The position numbers and the translations under genes were made by a program. The notes below the pieces were generated by a model. That model did no database searches. It was given only the letters and a program-made list of their open reading frames with translations, and was not told where the DNA came from. Positions 27,801 to 35,341 of a DNA stretch of 64,000 bases are shown here, in pieces. Numbering within the stretch: position 1 is the stretch's first letter; every line of letters begins with the position of its first letter. The stretch spans positions 2,516-66,515 of the forward strand of contig JALHDC010000001.1 in assembly GCA_022840695.1 (NCBI GenBank), in the 5' to 3' direction. Source of the stretch: a bacterium. GTDB lineage: Bacteria > Patescibacteriota > Dojkabacteria > SC72.

Positions 27801-27910
27801 TGTGTTAAAACAGCCGTTTTACCAGTACCAGCTCCTGCAATTATTAATAGATCCCCTCCATTATATTCAACAGCCTTTTTTTGATTTTCGTTTAATCTGA
27901 TTTGGCTCAC
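24848..27910 (-). CDS. UvrD/PcrA-family SF1 helicase fused to a C-terminal PD-(D/E)xK nuclease with Cas4/AddB-like Fe-S cysteines
   Basis: Helicase motifs: motif I IIAGAGTGKTAVLTQRI, motif Ia ALTFTEKAAQEM, motif III VDEFQDTN, ENYRSRQEIL, motif V VHGSKGLEFPIVFLVNL. C-terminal nuclease motifs IDRIDY...VDYKTGKEK and cysteines CPRKYEY...CRFCDYNSICEY. 1020 aa; GTG start. Confidence 0.85.
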   Translation of the reverse strand: MSQIRLNENQKKAVEYNGGDLLIIAGAGTGKTAVLTQRIIHIIKKGYAKPSEILALTFTEKAAQEMQERVDLEMEYGYEEPLISTFHSFCDKILREDGYNIGLDGGYSLMSTSQAYIFLRRYLYDLPLKTLRPRGNSTKFINDLIGHFSRLQDEDVSPQEYLEYASSLPKNSEEEKEEYAKTNELANTYKMYSDLKIENSKLDFGDLITLTLRLLRERKKYQKQFKYILVDEFQDTNYAQNVLVNLLGEGPSHLTVVGDDDQAIYKFRGAAISNILQFKQTYPEAEEIVLTENYRSRQEILDASYQLIKHNNPNRLEITENIEKKLLAKAVFKKDDNPVNLVVANNESAEAEKVAEEILKLTGYDEYVVEDSEGQVFDEKGQASFVDEKERDYKFSDIAIFVRANSHAESFIQALRNKGIPYKLGGSRGLYFREEVRNIVSFLKVLTDYSDEISMYRLLSMSIWDLSAREYVEISKRAREKKITLFEQLEELWNVKLGDVSSDEIEDIENEEVAKILSPKAIAGISRLLDLLNSSIVRVKDNRPVLEIVYEFVIKSLYLDSFMENEDPENLFAVSNINKFLELVKQYEKDNPLSNIYEYVDYLNYCIEVGESPLVDQTELEDFNGVNIMTVHGSKGLEFPIVFLVNLVAQRFPAYGRSDSIPIPEALIKETLPEEISEKESNIQEERRLFYVGATRAMEKLFLTAAYFYGDGKRKKKPSIFLNEILDRNVEEEFKNIEVKNLAEKSVGINIINDEDVGVLLGSDLKRNLVKRFSYSQLNVYEACPRKYEYAYILKVPQRPSAALSFGTTIHNTMKDFYSLLKHSQSGLEGITDVPTVGELLRLYEKNWVSSGYESSKHEKERKEEGVEMLKNYYEKVFDEKDKPLRLEEGFNVHLGDTVFVGKIDRIDYVGESNGVTEVCIVDYKTGKEKEEKDVKDDLQLPLYALFAEEKLGYKVCKAKYIYVETGKELEVNVSEERRELSKEKLLATLESVKRGDFTATPGYLCRFCDYNSICEYADL

Positions 27911-28047
27911 TATTTAGAGAGTATAAATAATAAAGAGAGATATATTGTTATTCCAAGAACTATAGCAACTATTAATGCGAAAAGGAGTTTAGGGCTTGGT
28001 AATTTATTAAGTAATTTTTCTAAGCTTTTTCTTAAATCTTTTTCCAT
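27910..28047 (-). CDS. Possible 45-aa small membrane protein (not in track, below the 60-aa cut-off)
   Basis: ATG at 28047; MEKDLRKSLEKLLNKLPSPKLLFALIVAIVLGITIYLSLLFILSK; stop overlaps the helicase start codon. A short hydrophobic ORF, weak evidence. Confidence 0.25.
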   Translation of the reverse strand: MEKDLRKSLEKLLNKLPSPKLLFALIVAIVLGITIYLSLLFILSK

Positions 28048-28064
28048 ATTTTTATTCTAAAATA

Positions 28065-28949
28065 TTAATTAGCTAACTGTTTTAAAACTTTGACTTCTTT
28101 CATAATTGTCTCCTTGCTCTTTAGAGCTGGTGTTTCTAGGATGAAAGGAATGTTTTTAAATTTAGGATATTGAAGAAATTTCTTAATTGTTTCTTTACCT
28201 AATTTCCCCTCCCCTAAATTAGAGTGCCTATCCTTATTCGAGCCACACTCTGTCATCGAGTCATTTAAGTGAATACTTTTAATATTCTCTATTTTCAATT
28301 CTCTATCTAAATCTTCAACAACCCCTTCAAAATTATTCACCCAATCATATCCAGAAGCATGAGTATGTTGAGTATCTAGTACATACCCCACCCTATCTTT
28401 TTCCTTAACTCCTTCTCTCATCAATCTTAATTCTGTGAAATTCCTTCCCAAATTACTACCTGTACCTGCAGTTGTCTCTATTAGCAATTTTTGTTTCCCC
28501 TTTACCTCATCAAATACCCATTGAATACCGTAGGAGATTCTTTCTAAGCTATCTTCGTAAGATAATTCTTGTTGAGATCCAGGATGAAAACATACTCCTA
28601 ATATCTCAGCATCAATCTTTCTCTTCGTTATTAAATCAACTACTCTTTCTGCGAAATCTAGGTACACAACTAGACCCATTTTGCCTAAATGGAATAGCTG
28701 TTTATCCTTTCTAGCTAGATTAGTTAGATATATTCCATGTATTAGGATCTTTTTAATACTAGACTTTTCTAATTCATTAACAAATTTTTCAATATCTTCA
28801 TCAGGTATTGGCTTAGTCGCCCATCTCATGGGGGCAGTTGGCATAATTTGAATGGTATTTACTTCATACTTTTCTCCATTTTTTATTGAATTTTCTATAC
28901 CACCGGATGATGATACATGAATACCTAGATACATAGCATATTCTAGCAT
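28065..28949 (-). CDS. nfo: Endonuclease IV (AP endonuclease)
   Basis: LIETTAGTGSNLG, LDTQHTHASGYD, HLNDS...DRHSNLGEGKLG and FILETP match Nfo metal-binding motifs. Confidence 0.9.
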   Translation of the reverse strand: MLEYAMYLGIHVSSSGGIENSIKNGEKYEVNTIQIMPTAPMRWATKPIPDEDIEKFVNELEKSSIKKILIHGIYLTNLARKDKQLFHLGKMGLVVYLDFAERVVDLITKRKIDAEILGVCFHPGSQQELSYEDSLERISYGIQWVFDEVKGKQKLLIETTAGTGSNLGRNFTELRLMREGVKEKDRVGYVLDTQHTHASGYDWVNNFEGVVEDLDRELKIENIKSIHLNDSMTECGSNKDRHSNLGEGKLGKETIKKFLQYPKFKNIPFILETPALKSKETIMKEVKVLKQLAN

Positions 28950-28983
28950 AGATATAGATAATGAAGTATAATTATGGCTGTTT

Positions 28984-29072
28984 GGAGAGGTGCCTGAGTG
29001 GTCGAAAGGAACTCACTGCTAACGAGTCATAGGCCCAAAAGCCTATCGCGGGTTCGAATCCCGCCCTCTCCG
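28984..29072 (+). tRNA. tRNA-Ser (GCT), class II long variable arm
   Basis: Acceptor GGAGAGG/CCTCTCC, 3-bp D stem, anticodon loop CTGCTAA, variable arm ATAGGC-CCAAAA-GCCTAT, T arm GCGGG-TTCGAAT-CCCGC. Confidence 0.85.
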
Positions 29073-29083
29073 TATACAAGAAC

Positions 29084-30067
29084 CTAATCCCTTACTGCAA
29101 CACAGTACCTTTTAAGAATAGACTCCTCCTTCGCGATCTTCCCCCAGTCTTTATATATTTCAGAGACTTTTTTCATTTTATCCCCTACCAAACAATACGG
29201 ATCTACCACTCTAGATTTACAATCAATTATCTCTTCGTAATTAACACTATCTTCGTAGAATAATTCACTACTATTCATACGTTCCCAATATTTTTTCAAT
29301 AACTTATCTTTTTCTACATACTTCAAACATTTATCTAAGACATATTGATCATACTTTTCTAAATCTTTTGTGGAAATATACTCTTTCTCTAAAGCATGTT
29401 TCATAAAATCTTTTATACTCTTGAACATAATTGCACTTTTAAAACCTGCATAAAACTTATCATTTAACTCCTTAAAACATTTAGCATACTCATACCCAGC
29501 ATCAGCATTGTCGAAATACCAGGAATTTTTACCCTTGGTTTTTAGATGATTTAGAATCTTTTTTACTTTAGATTTACCATTATCAAGAAAAAGTATAATA
29601 TCCCTCGTTGAATACTCAATCCTATCCGCACATATATCTGGAAGAGAATTTTCTAAGAGAGGGAAGTTTTCCTCATTTGCAATATATTCAATATTGTATC
29701 CGTATTTCTCTAATATCTCTGGAATATTTGATCTTTCCAAAAACCTCTGTTTACTTCTGTCTTGTAAATCCTGCTTACTAATATCTCCTTCTTTTAACAC
29801 ATAATCTATGGCATGAGAAAATGCATAATGGGAAATATCATGTATTAGACCAGATATTTGTTCTTCCAGGGATGCTTTGTAGTTTCTAAGAAGTAAAAAT
29901 ACTCCAACTGAATGATCATATCTATTTCTGGAATGATTAAAGAAACCCTTAGAGTATCCAGCCTGATCAATATTTTTAAGCCTTTGAATAGCTTTTGAAT
30001 TTAACAACTCTACTATCACTTCATCTTCTATAGAAGAATCTCCCCAAACTTGGTCTTGTAAAATCAT
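29084..30067 (-). CDS. HD-domain phosphohydrolase
   Basis: RYDHSVGV ... HDISHYAFSH (H..HD..H metal-binding pattern); 327 aa. Confidence 0.7.
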   Translation of the reverse strand: MILQDQVWGDSSIEDEVIVELLNSKAIQRLKNIDQAGYSKGFFNHSRNRYDHSVGVFLLLRNYKASLEEQISGLIHDISHYAFSHAIDYVLKEGDISKQDLQDRSKQRFLERSNIPEILEKYGYNIEYIANEENFPLLENSLPDICADRIEYSTRDIILFLDNGKSKVKKILNHLKTKGKNSWYFDNADAGYEYAKCFKELNDKFYAGFKSAIMFKSIKDFMKHALEKEYISTKDLEKYDQYVLDKCLKYVEKDKLLKKYWERMNSSELFYEDSVNYEEIIDCKSRVVDPYCLVGDKMKKVSEIYKDWGKIAKEESILKRYCVAVRD

Positions 30068-30109
30068 TCTTTATTCTAACAAAAATATCTTAGAAATTTT
30101 TCATCACTT

Positions 30110-31009
30110 TTAATTCAAAGTAATACTACTCATCACTTCATCTAAAAGTGGTAAAACCTCCTCATCAGGATTTCCTATGATCTTTACACCATAACTACTC
30201 CCTGTTTCTGTTCCCATACCACTATCATACTCAAACGAAAGAGTATCGAATGATAAGACACCTGCAGACAATCCACATAATGGATGGAATTCATCAACAT
30301 TCGCATTATCCAAATCATTCCAATATAGGCTAGATTCAACTCTTCTCCCTCTAAAATCTATGAAAGAAAATTCTGTATAATCTCCATCCGCAATTACGGT
30401 AACTGTAGGCATAGCCTCATCAGGATCACTACTAAGATTATAATCTGTAGTTAAGCCATTAATCACATCTATATATGACTGAGGAGTATCCGAGAATCTT
30501 CCAACAGAAGAACAAATATCAATACCTCCTATACCCATTACAGCATATACTTGAAGAACTTCCTCATCCTCATCTGTCAGAATAGAAAGACCTGTTAAAC
30601 CTTGATACTCAGCATCCATTAACATATCTGTTCCGTCTCCATCCACATACTCTACAATACTCCACCCTTCAGGAAGTTGAGCAGTTATGTAATCTCCCAC
30701 GAAATCAGAAGAAAGAGCAACAGCATCTTCCTCTTTTTCATCTTGATCCTCCTCTTCCCCATCAGGATCTGGAGTATCAGAACTGGAACCTTCTTCACCT
30801 GCAGGTTCATAATTAGCAAAATAGTAGCCTGCATATGCAGCTGCACCCAAAAGCAACATTACTCCCAATACTATTAAAACTGTTTTTAGTCCTTTTCCCT
30901 TTGGTTTACTCGCAGTAGCAACAGTAGGTGTAGCTACACCCTCTTTAGGAGCCTCTGTCTTCACAGCATTCTCCATCGAAGGTGCTCCTTGATTTAAATC
31001 TGATTCCAT
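30110..31009 (-). CDS. Membrane-anchored acidic protein, family with conserved EGWSIxEYxDGDGTDMLMD motif (paralog 1)
   Basis: TM LKTVLIVLGVMLLLGAAAYAGYYF, then a D/E-rich linker and the block LPEGWSIVEYVDGDGTDMLMDAEYQGLTGL, shared with 32628..33458. Confidence 0.55.
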   Translation of the reverse strand: MESDLNQGAPSMENAVKTEAPKEGVATPTVATASKPKGKGLKTVLIVLGVMLLLGAAAYAGYYFANYEPAGEEGSSSDTPDPDGEEEDQDEKEEDAVALSSDFVGDYITAQLPEGWSIVEYVDGDGTDMLMDAEYQGLTGLSILTDEDEEVLQVYAVMGIGGIDICSSVGRFSDTPQSYIDVINGLTTDYNLSSDPDEAMPTVTVIADGDYTEFSFIDFRGRRVESSLYWNDLDNANVDEFHPLCGLSAGVLSFDTLSFEYDSGMGTETGSSYGVKIIGNPDEEVLPLLDEVMSSITLN

Positions 31010-31116
31010 AGAAATAATGGATAAAATTATTTAATCCATTGTAGCACAATCCCTTACTTTGAAAAGATATCTCACCATTATGCTAAAATATATTATTAAA
31101 TTATTTTGTTAAAACA

Positions 31117-31518
31117 ATGAAATATATATATCTATATCTACTCACATTCTTAGTTTTTCTTGTAATAGATTTTGTGTGGTTAAATTGGATAGCAAAAAAT
31201 CTATATGCTGAAAAAATTGGTCACCTACTCGCAGAAAATGCAAATCTCGTTCCCGCTCTGATTTTCTACCTACTCTTTGTCGTAGGAGCTATTATATTTG
31301 CAGTACTACCAGGATATGAAGCAAAATCCATAGGAAAAACAATTTTCTTAGGAGCACTCTTTGGAATGATGACATATGCAACATATGACTTAACAAACTT
31401 AGCAACACTAAAAAATTGGCCTATCTCTGTAACCATAATAGACATAATATGGGGGACATCTCTTTCTACAGTAACTGCAGTAGCAGGATACTACATCGCT
31501 AATTTTTTAAATGTTTAA
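31117..31518 (+). CDS. Small polytopic membrane protein (DUF2177-like)
   Basis: Four predicted TM helices; 133 aa; family assignment from memory only. Confidence 0.45.
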   Translation: MKYIYLYLLTFLVFLVIDFVWLNWIAKNLYAEKIGHLLAENANLVPALIFYLLFVVGAIIFAVLPGYEAKSIGKTIFLGALFGMMTYATYDLTNLATLKNWPISVTIIDIIWGTSLSTVTAVAGYYIANFLNV

Positions 31519-31520
31519 AT

Positions 31521-32309
31521 ATGTTAGAAATATTACCATTACTTCTAAAAGTTGCACTTTCAATATTTATATATATGACCCTCTTCTACTCTCTTTCCTT
31601 AATTATAAAGAGAAGTGACATTGTAGACATTGGGTGGGGATTAGGATTCATACTCGTTGCCCTTGTGTCTCTTTTTTCCCAATCATATTTAACAGATCGA
31701 GCTATTCTTGTTTTCTTCCTAGTCTTGTTTTGGGGATTAAGGTTAGCATCACATATATATTTTAGAAACAAAGGCAAGGAGGAAGATTATAGATATCAGC
31801 AGTTTAAAAAAGATTGGGGAGATACTTTTTACATTCGTTCATACTTCCAAATATTCCTCCTACAAGGCTTCTTTATGCTAATTGTATCACTACCAATAAT
31901 ATTCATAGCTAAGTTCTCTGATTCGCCACTTGGTTATACAGACATCATTGGTCTCTCAATCTGGATCCTAGGATTCCTTCTAGAATCTAATGCTGATTCT
32001 CAACTCAAAAGATTTATAACAAAGAAAAAGGAAGGAAAAACAGAAACCAGATTTGCTAATATTGGTCTTTGGAAATACTCTAGACATCCCAACTACTTTG
32101 GAGAAATACTACAATGGTGGGGTATTGGGGTTGTTGCTCTTTCTGTATCATTAGGATATGTATCCTTAATAGGGCCACTTTTCATTTCATATTTAATAAT
32201 TTTTGTTTCTGGAATACCACTTCTAGAGAAGAAATTTAAAAATGATCCAGAGTGGAATGAATATGTAAGAAGGACACGACTACTACTCCCATTTCCAAAG
32301 AAGATCTAA
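31521..32309 (+). CDS. DUF1295/steroid-5-alpha-reductase-like membrane methyltransferase-fold protein
   Basis: Polytopic; conserved WKYSRHPNYFGE motif near the C-terminus. Confidence 0.6.
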   Translation: MLEILPLLLKVALSIFIYMTLFYSLSLIIKRSDIVDIGWGLGFILVALVSLFSQSYLTDRAILVFFLVLFWGLRLASHIYFRNKGKEEDYRYQQFKKDWGDTFYIRSYFQIFLLQGFFMLIVSLPIIFIAKFSDSPLGYTDIIGLSIWILGFLLESNADSQLKRFITKKKEGKTETRFANIGLWKYSRHPNYFGEILQWWGIGVVALSVSLGYVSLIGPLFISYLIIFVSGIPLLEKKFKNDPEWNEYVRRTRLLLPFPKKI

Positions 32310-32329
32310 GTATTACCATTTAAGAATAA

Positions 32330-32614
32330 ATGATATATACTAGGGCTATGGAAGAATCAAAAAATAAAGATAATTCCTTCCTAACTGGTTTAAGCATTAC
32401 TCTTGGAACCATAGTAATCGGATTAATCAGCTACATAGTATATACAACAGATTTTCAAACAGAGAAATTAAGATGTGAATACAATGGATGGGCATATGCT
32501 CATGGGGAAACCTTTGATGCTTCAGATGGGTGTAATATGTGTTCTTGTAATAATGGAGAGGTTGTATGTACTTTAATGGGTTGCGACCAACAACCCACTG
32601 TCGATTTAAATTAA
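32330..32614 (+). CDS. Small membrane-anchored Cys-rich protein
   Basis: TM LTGLSITLGTIVIGLISYIVY, then a 6-Cys segment (CEYNGWAYAHGETFDASDGCNMCSCNNGEVVCTLMGC). Confidence 0.4.
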   Translation: MIYTRAMEESKNKDNSFLTGLSITLGTIVIGLISYIVYTTDFQTEKLRCEYNGWAYAHGETFDASDGCNMCSCNNGEVVCTLMGCDQQPTVDLN

Positions 32615-32627
32615 ATATATTATAACT

Positions 32628-33458
32628 ATGGAAGTAGAACAGAATATTGATACAACTATTCAAAAGGACGATGGTGTTAATACAAAAAATCCTTCTGATG
32701 GGAATAAGGATATCTGGGTTATTCTTTTAAATGTGTTTCTTGCCTTGGTAACAATCCTCCTCCTTGGATATGTAGCATATAGGAATGGATATATTGATTT
32801 AGATAATGTATTTAAACCTAAAGAACAAACAGAGGAAGAATCAAATGAGGAGAATGATGCTTCCAATGATTTAGTTATACAGGAGAATGGGGAAACAACA
32901 TTAAATACATACGAGGGAGAAGTTCTCTCTGCAATACTTCCTAGTGGTTGGAGCATAACGGAGTATATGGATGGAGATGGAACAGATATGTTAATGGATA
33001 CTGTTGAATATACTGGTTTGACAGGCCTCACTGTATCATACAATAATGTACCAATACTTGAATTAATAGCTGTTTCAGGTATCGGTTTCATTGGATGTCC
33101 TGAATTACCTATATTTACAGATAGTAGTGAAGCCTACCTACAGGAACAGGTAGAGATGAATGAAGAAATCCAGGAAAATATGGTTACTTATGATTATACC
33201 AATACCCCATATTCTGATTTTCAATGGTTTGGAAAAGATTTTAGGAGGGTTGGAACAACACTATACTTTGATACAGTAGCAGGTAATGAATATTTTGAAC
33301 CACAGTGTGAGGGAGGCTTAGTGACTGTACCAGGACTTAGATTTGAGGATTCGGATGGATATGAGGGAGTAGCATATTTCTATAATATAAACGAAGAAGC
33401 ATCTGCAGAACAATTGGAAACATTAGATAATATATTGGCTAGTATGATGGAGATATAG
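32628..33458 (+). CDS. Membrane-anchored acidic protein, EGWSIxEYxDGDGTDMLMD family (paralog 2)
   Basis: TM IWVILLNVFLALVTILLLGYVAY; LPSGWSITEYMDGDGTDMLMDTVEYTGLTGL, homologous to 30110..31009. Confidence 0.55.
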   Translation: MEVEQNIDTTIQKDDGVNTKNPSDGNKDIWVILLNVFLALVTILLLGYVAYRNGYIDLDNVFKPKEQTEEESNEENDASNDLVIQENGETTLNTYEGEVLSAILPSGWSITEYMDGDGTDMLMDTVEYTGLTGLTVSYNNVPILELIAVSGIGFIGCPELPIFTDSSEAYLQEQVEMNEEIQENMVTYDYTNTPYSDFQWFGKDFRRVGTTLYFDTVAGNEYFEPQCEGGLVTVPGLRFEDSDGYEGVAYFYNINEEASAEQLETLDNILASMMEI

Positions 33459-33468
33459 AATCTTTATC

Positions 33469-33888
33469 TGGTGGAGACGACGGGAATTGAACCCATGTCC
33501 AAAAGCATTGTTTAGCACCATGTACAAACATAGTTAACCTTGTATAGTAAGATATTTCTAGAAAGGTTAACAAAAAGAAATATCCCCTCGATTATGTTTC
33601 TAAGTTAGTTACCCTATCGATCAAATAACCAACCGTACCCTGATAACGACTATCTATAATCCCTCATCAGGGAAAAGGATAATAGACACTAACTAAAATA
33701 TTTAGTTAGACCTTATGCAAAGTTAAATGCATAAGCTGGAGCAGCAAAAGCAGCTCTTAACTTAGCAGTAAACTCATTAGCAAAGGCGACAATCTTATTT
33801 TCTACACTTAAGCTGTGTGTTGAATAACGACTCAACGAACGGTTTGTGATAACTAAACGCAAACTTCTGTCGAAAGCCTTACGTCCCC
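33469..33888 (-). ncRNA. ssrA: tmRNA (ssrA)
   Basis: 5' GGGGACGUAAGGCUUUCGAC (conserved UUCGAC). 3' tRNA-like end GGACAUGGGUUCAAUUCCCGUCGUCUCCACCA with CCA encoded. Acceptor pairing includes G3-U70 (Ala identity). Internal open frame ...AFANEFTAKLRAAFAAPAYAFNFA-UAA is a candidate tag. smpB is present at 17 kb. Confidence 0.8.
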
Positions 33889-33919
33889 ATATTGATAAAG
33901 AACATTGGTATTATACCAT

Positions 33920-34216
33920 TTATTTATATACTTTTCTACTTCCAGAATGCCCCCCTATGGTTAATAAAAGAATAATATTCCCATCCTCAAACCTCCAAAG
34001 TATTCTAATATCTCCACTAACCCTAGAAGTGTACGTCCGGGCACCATAGGAACTATACACGATATGCGTTCTTAATCCTGGATTTGAAGGATCCTTTCTT
34101 AATTTTTTCAATACAGAAACTATCCTAAAAGCTAACTCCCTATTTTTCTTAGTTAACCTTTTAAACTCCTTTTTATATTTTGCTGTTAAATGTATTACAA
34201 AATTATTCTTCTCCAT
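33920..34216 (-). CDS. RelE/ParE-family type II toxin
   Basis: 98 aa; YGARTYTSRVSGDIRILWRFEDGNIILLLTIGGHS is a typical RelE/ParE C-terminal region; overlaps the upstream small ORF by 14 nt. Confidence 0.65.
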   Translation of the reverse strand: MEKNNFVIHLTAKYKKEFKRLTKKNRELAFRIVSVLKKLRKDPSNPGLRTHIVYSSYGARTYTSRVSGDIRILWRFEDGNIILLLTIGGHSGSRKVYK

Positions 34217-34508
34217 TTATCAAGGATGAGAAATAATCATCTATTTCTTTTGAGTTTCTTAAAGCAATCGTTTTCCCCTCCTTGTACTCCTTTATTCCAT
34301 CTTCTATATCCTTTGCCAATTGGGGATCATCTATATACTCCTCAGAACCAAGATGAAAACCTTCAACATCCTTGGTAAGAACATATCTCACATACTCAGG
34401 AAAGGAATATCCATATATTCTCGCCTTAGATTCAGCAATATCCATCAATCGACTTGGAAATGTTATCTGTCTTGTAACACTTTTTTTATAGTCTATACTC
34501 TTAGTCAT
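34203..34508 (-). CDS. Putative cognate antitoxin (101 aa)
   Basis: Immediately upstream of and overlapping the toxin; acidic C-terminus; N-terminal region could form an RHH/DNA-binding fold (inference). Confidence 0.45.
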   Translation of the reverse strand: MTKSIDYKKSVTRQITFPSRLMDIAESKARIYGYSFPEYVRYVLTKDVEGFHLGSEEYIDDPQLAKDIEDGIKEYKEGKTIALRNSKEIDDYFSSLINGEE

Positions 34509-34570
34509 TCGTATATAAATTGTATAGTTTAATATACAATCTTAACACAAAAACAACACAATAGGAATAG

Positions 34571-35341
34571 TTATTTTCTAAATTCCCACATTGCCAAACT
34601 AACAGCAACGGAAAGATTCAATGATTCTAATTCCTTACTATGTGGAATATATACACTCTCCCCTACCTTCTCATCATTAGGTGACAACCCTTTACTCTCA
34701 TTCCCAAATATTAAAGATACTGGTTCTTTAAATTCAACCTCTGAAATACTTCTATTTCCACCCAATACAAAAGAGTACCTATTATGATTCCCAAACCTCT
34801 CAACATATTCCCCGATACTTGAAAAATATTCGAAGTTAATCTTAAAAAGATTTCCCATCGTCGAACTTATTACCTTAGGGGAAAATACATCCACACCAGA
34901 TCCCACTATTGCTAAATTCTTAAATTCAAAACCAACCATACTTCGTATAATGGTACCAACATTGCCCATATTCCTTGGTTCAACAAGAACAATATGATTT
35001 TCATTCACAACTAATTCAGAGCTATACTTTCTAAAAACACCTACAGCATATGTATTCTCCTTGAAAGCTATTTTCCCTATCAATCTATCGTTATATTCCA
35101 AAGGAATATCTCTTTGTTTACAAAGATCAACTATTTCCTTAACTCCGTCAAACCTTTCAGAGTCTTTCCTTAGGAGAACTTTAATCACACTCTCAGATCT
35201 TCCTTTTAAAAGATCTAAAGTTGGATAGATACCAAATGCATATGAGTGATCGAACTTCTTCTGATATTTCTTCAATTTACCAATACCCTCATTCATATCC
35301 CTATTTCCTCTTTGATGTCTTAGAAATCTTCTTTTTCCCAC
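34571..35341 (-). CDS. SpoU/TrmH-family RNA 2'-O-methyltransferase
   Basis: SPOUT motifs LVEPRNMGNVGTIIRS, LIFGNESKGL, IPHS...LNLSVAVSL; N-terminal L30e-like substrate-binding region. Confidence 0.85.
   Translation of the reverse strand: MGKRRFLRHQRGNRDMNEGIGKLKKYQKKFDHSYAFGIYPTLDLLKGRSESVIKVLLRKDSERFDGVKEIVDLCKQRDIPLEYNDRLIGKIAFKENTYAVGVFRKYSSELVVNENHIVLVEPRNMGNVGTIIRSMVGFEFKNLAIVGSGVDVFSPKVISSTMGNLFKINFEYFSSIGEYVERFGNHNRYSFVLGGNRSISEVEFKEPVSLIFGNESKGLSPNDEKVGESVYIPHSKELESLNLSVAVSLAMWEFRK

Noticed and set aside
33846-34049. Track ORF 33846..34049 (+) and the other small plus-strand ORFs overlapping 33469..33888
   Set aside because: They overlap the tmRNA gene (G3-U70 acceptor, UUCGAC box, encoded CCA); there is no coding evidence.
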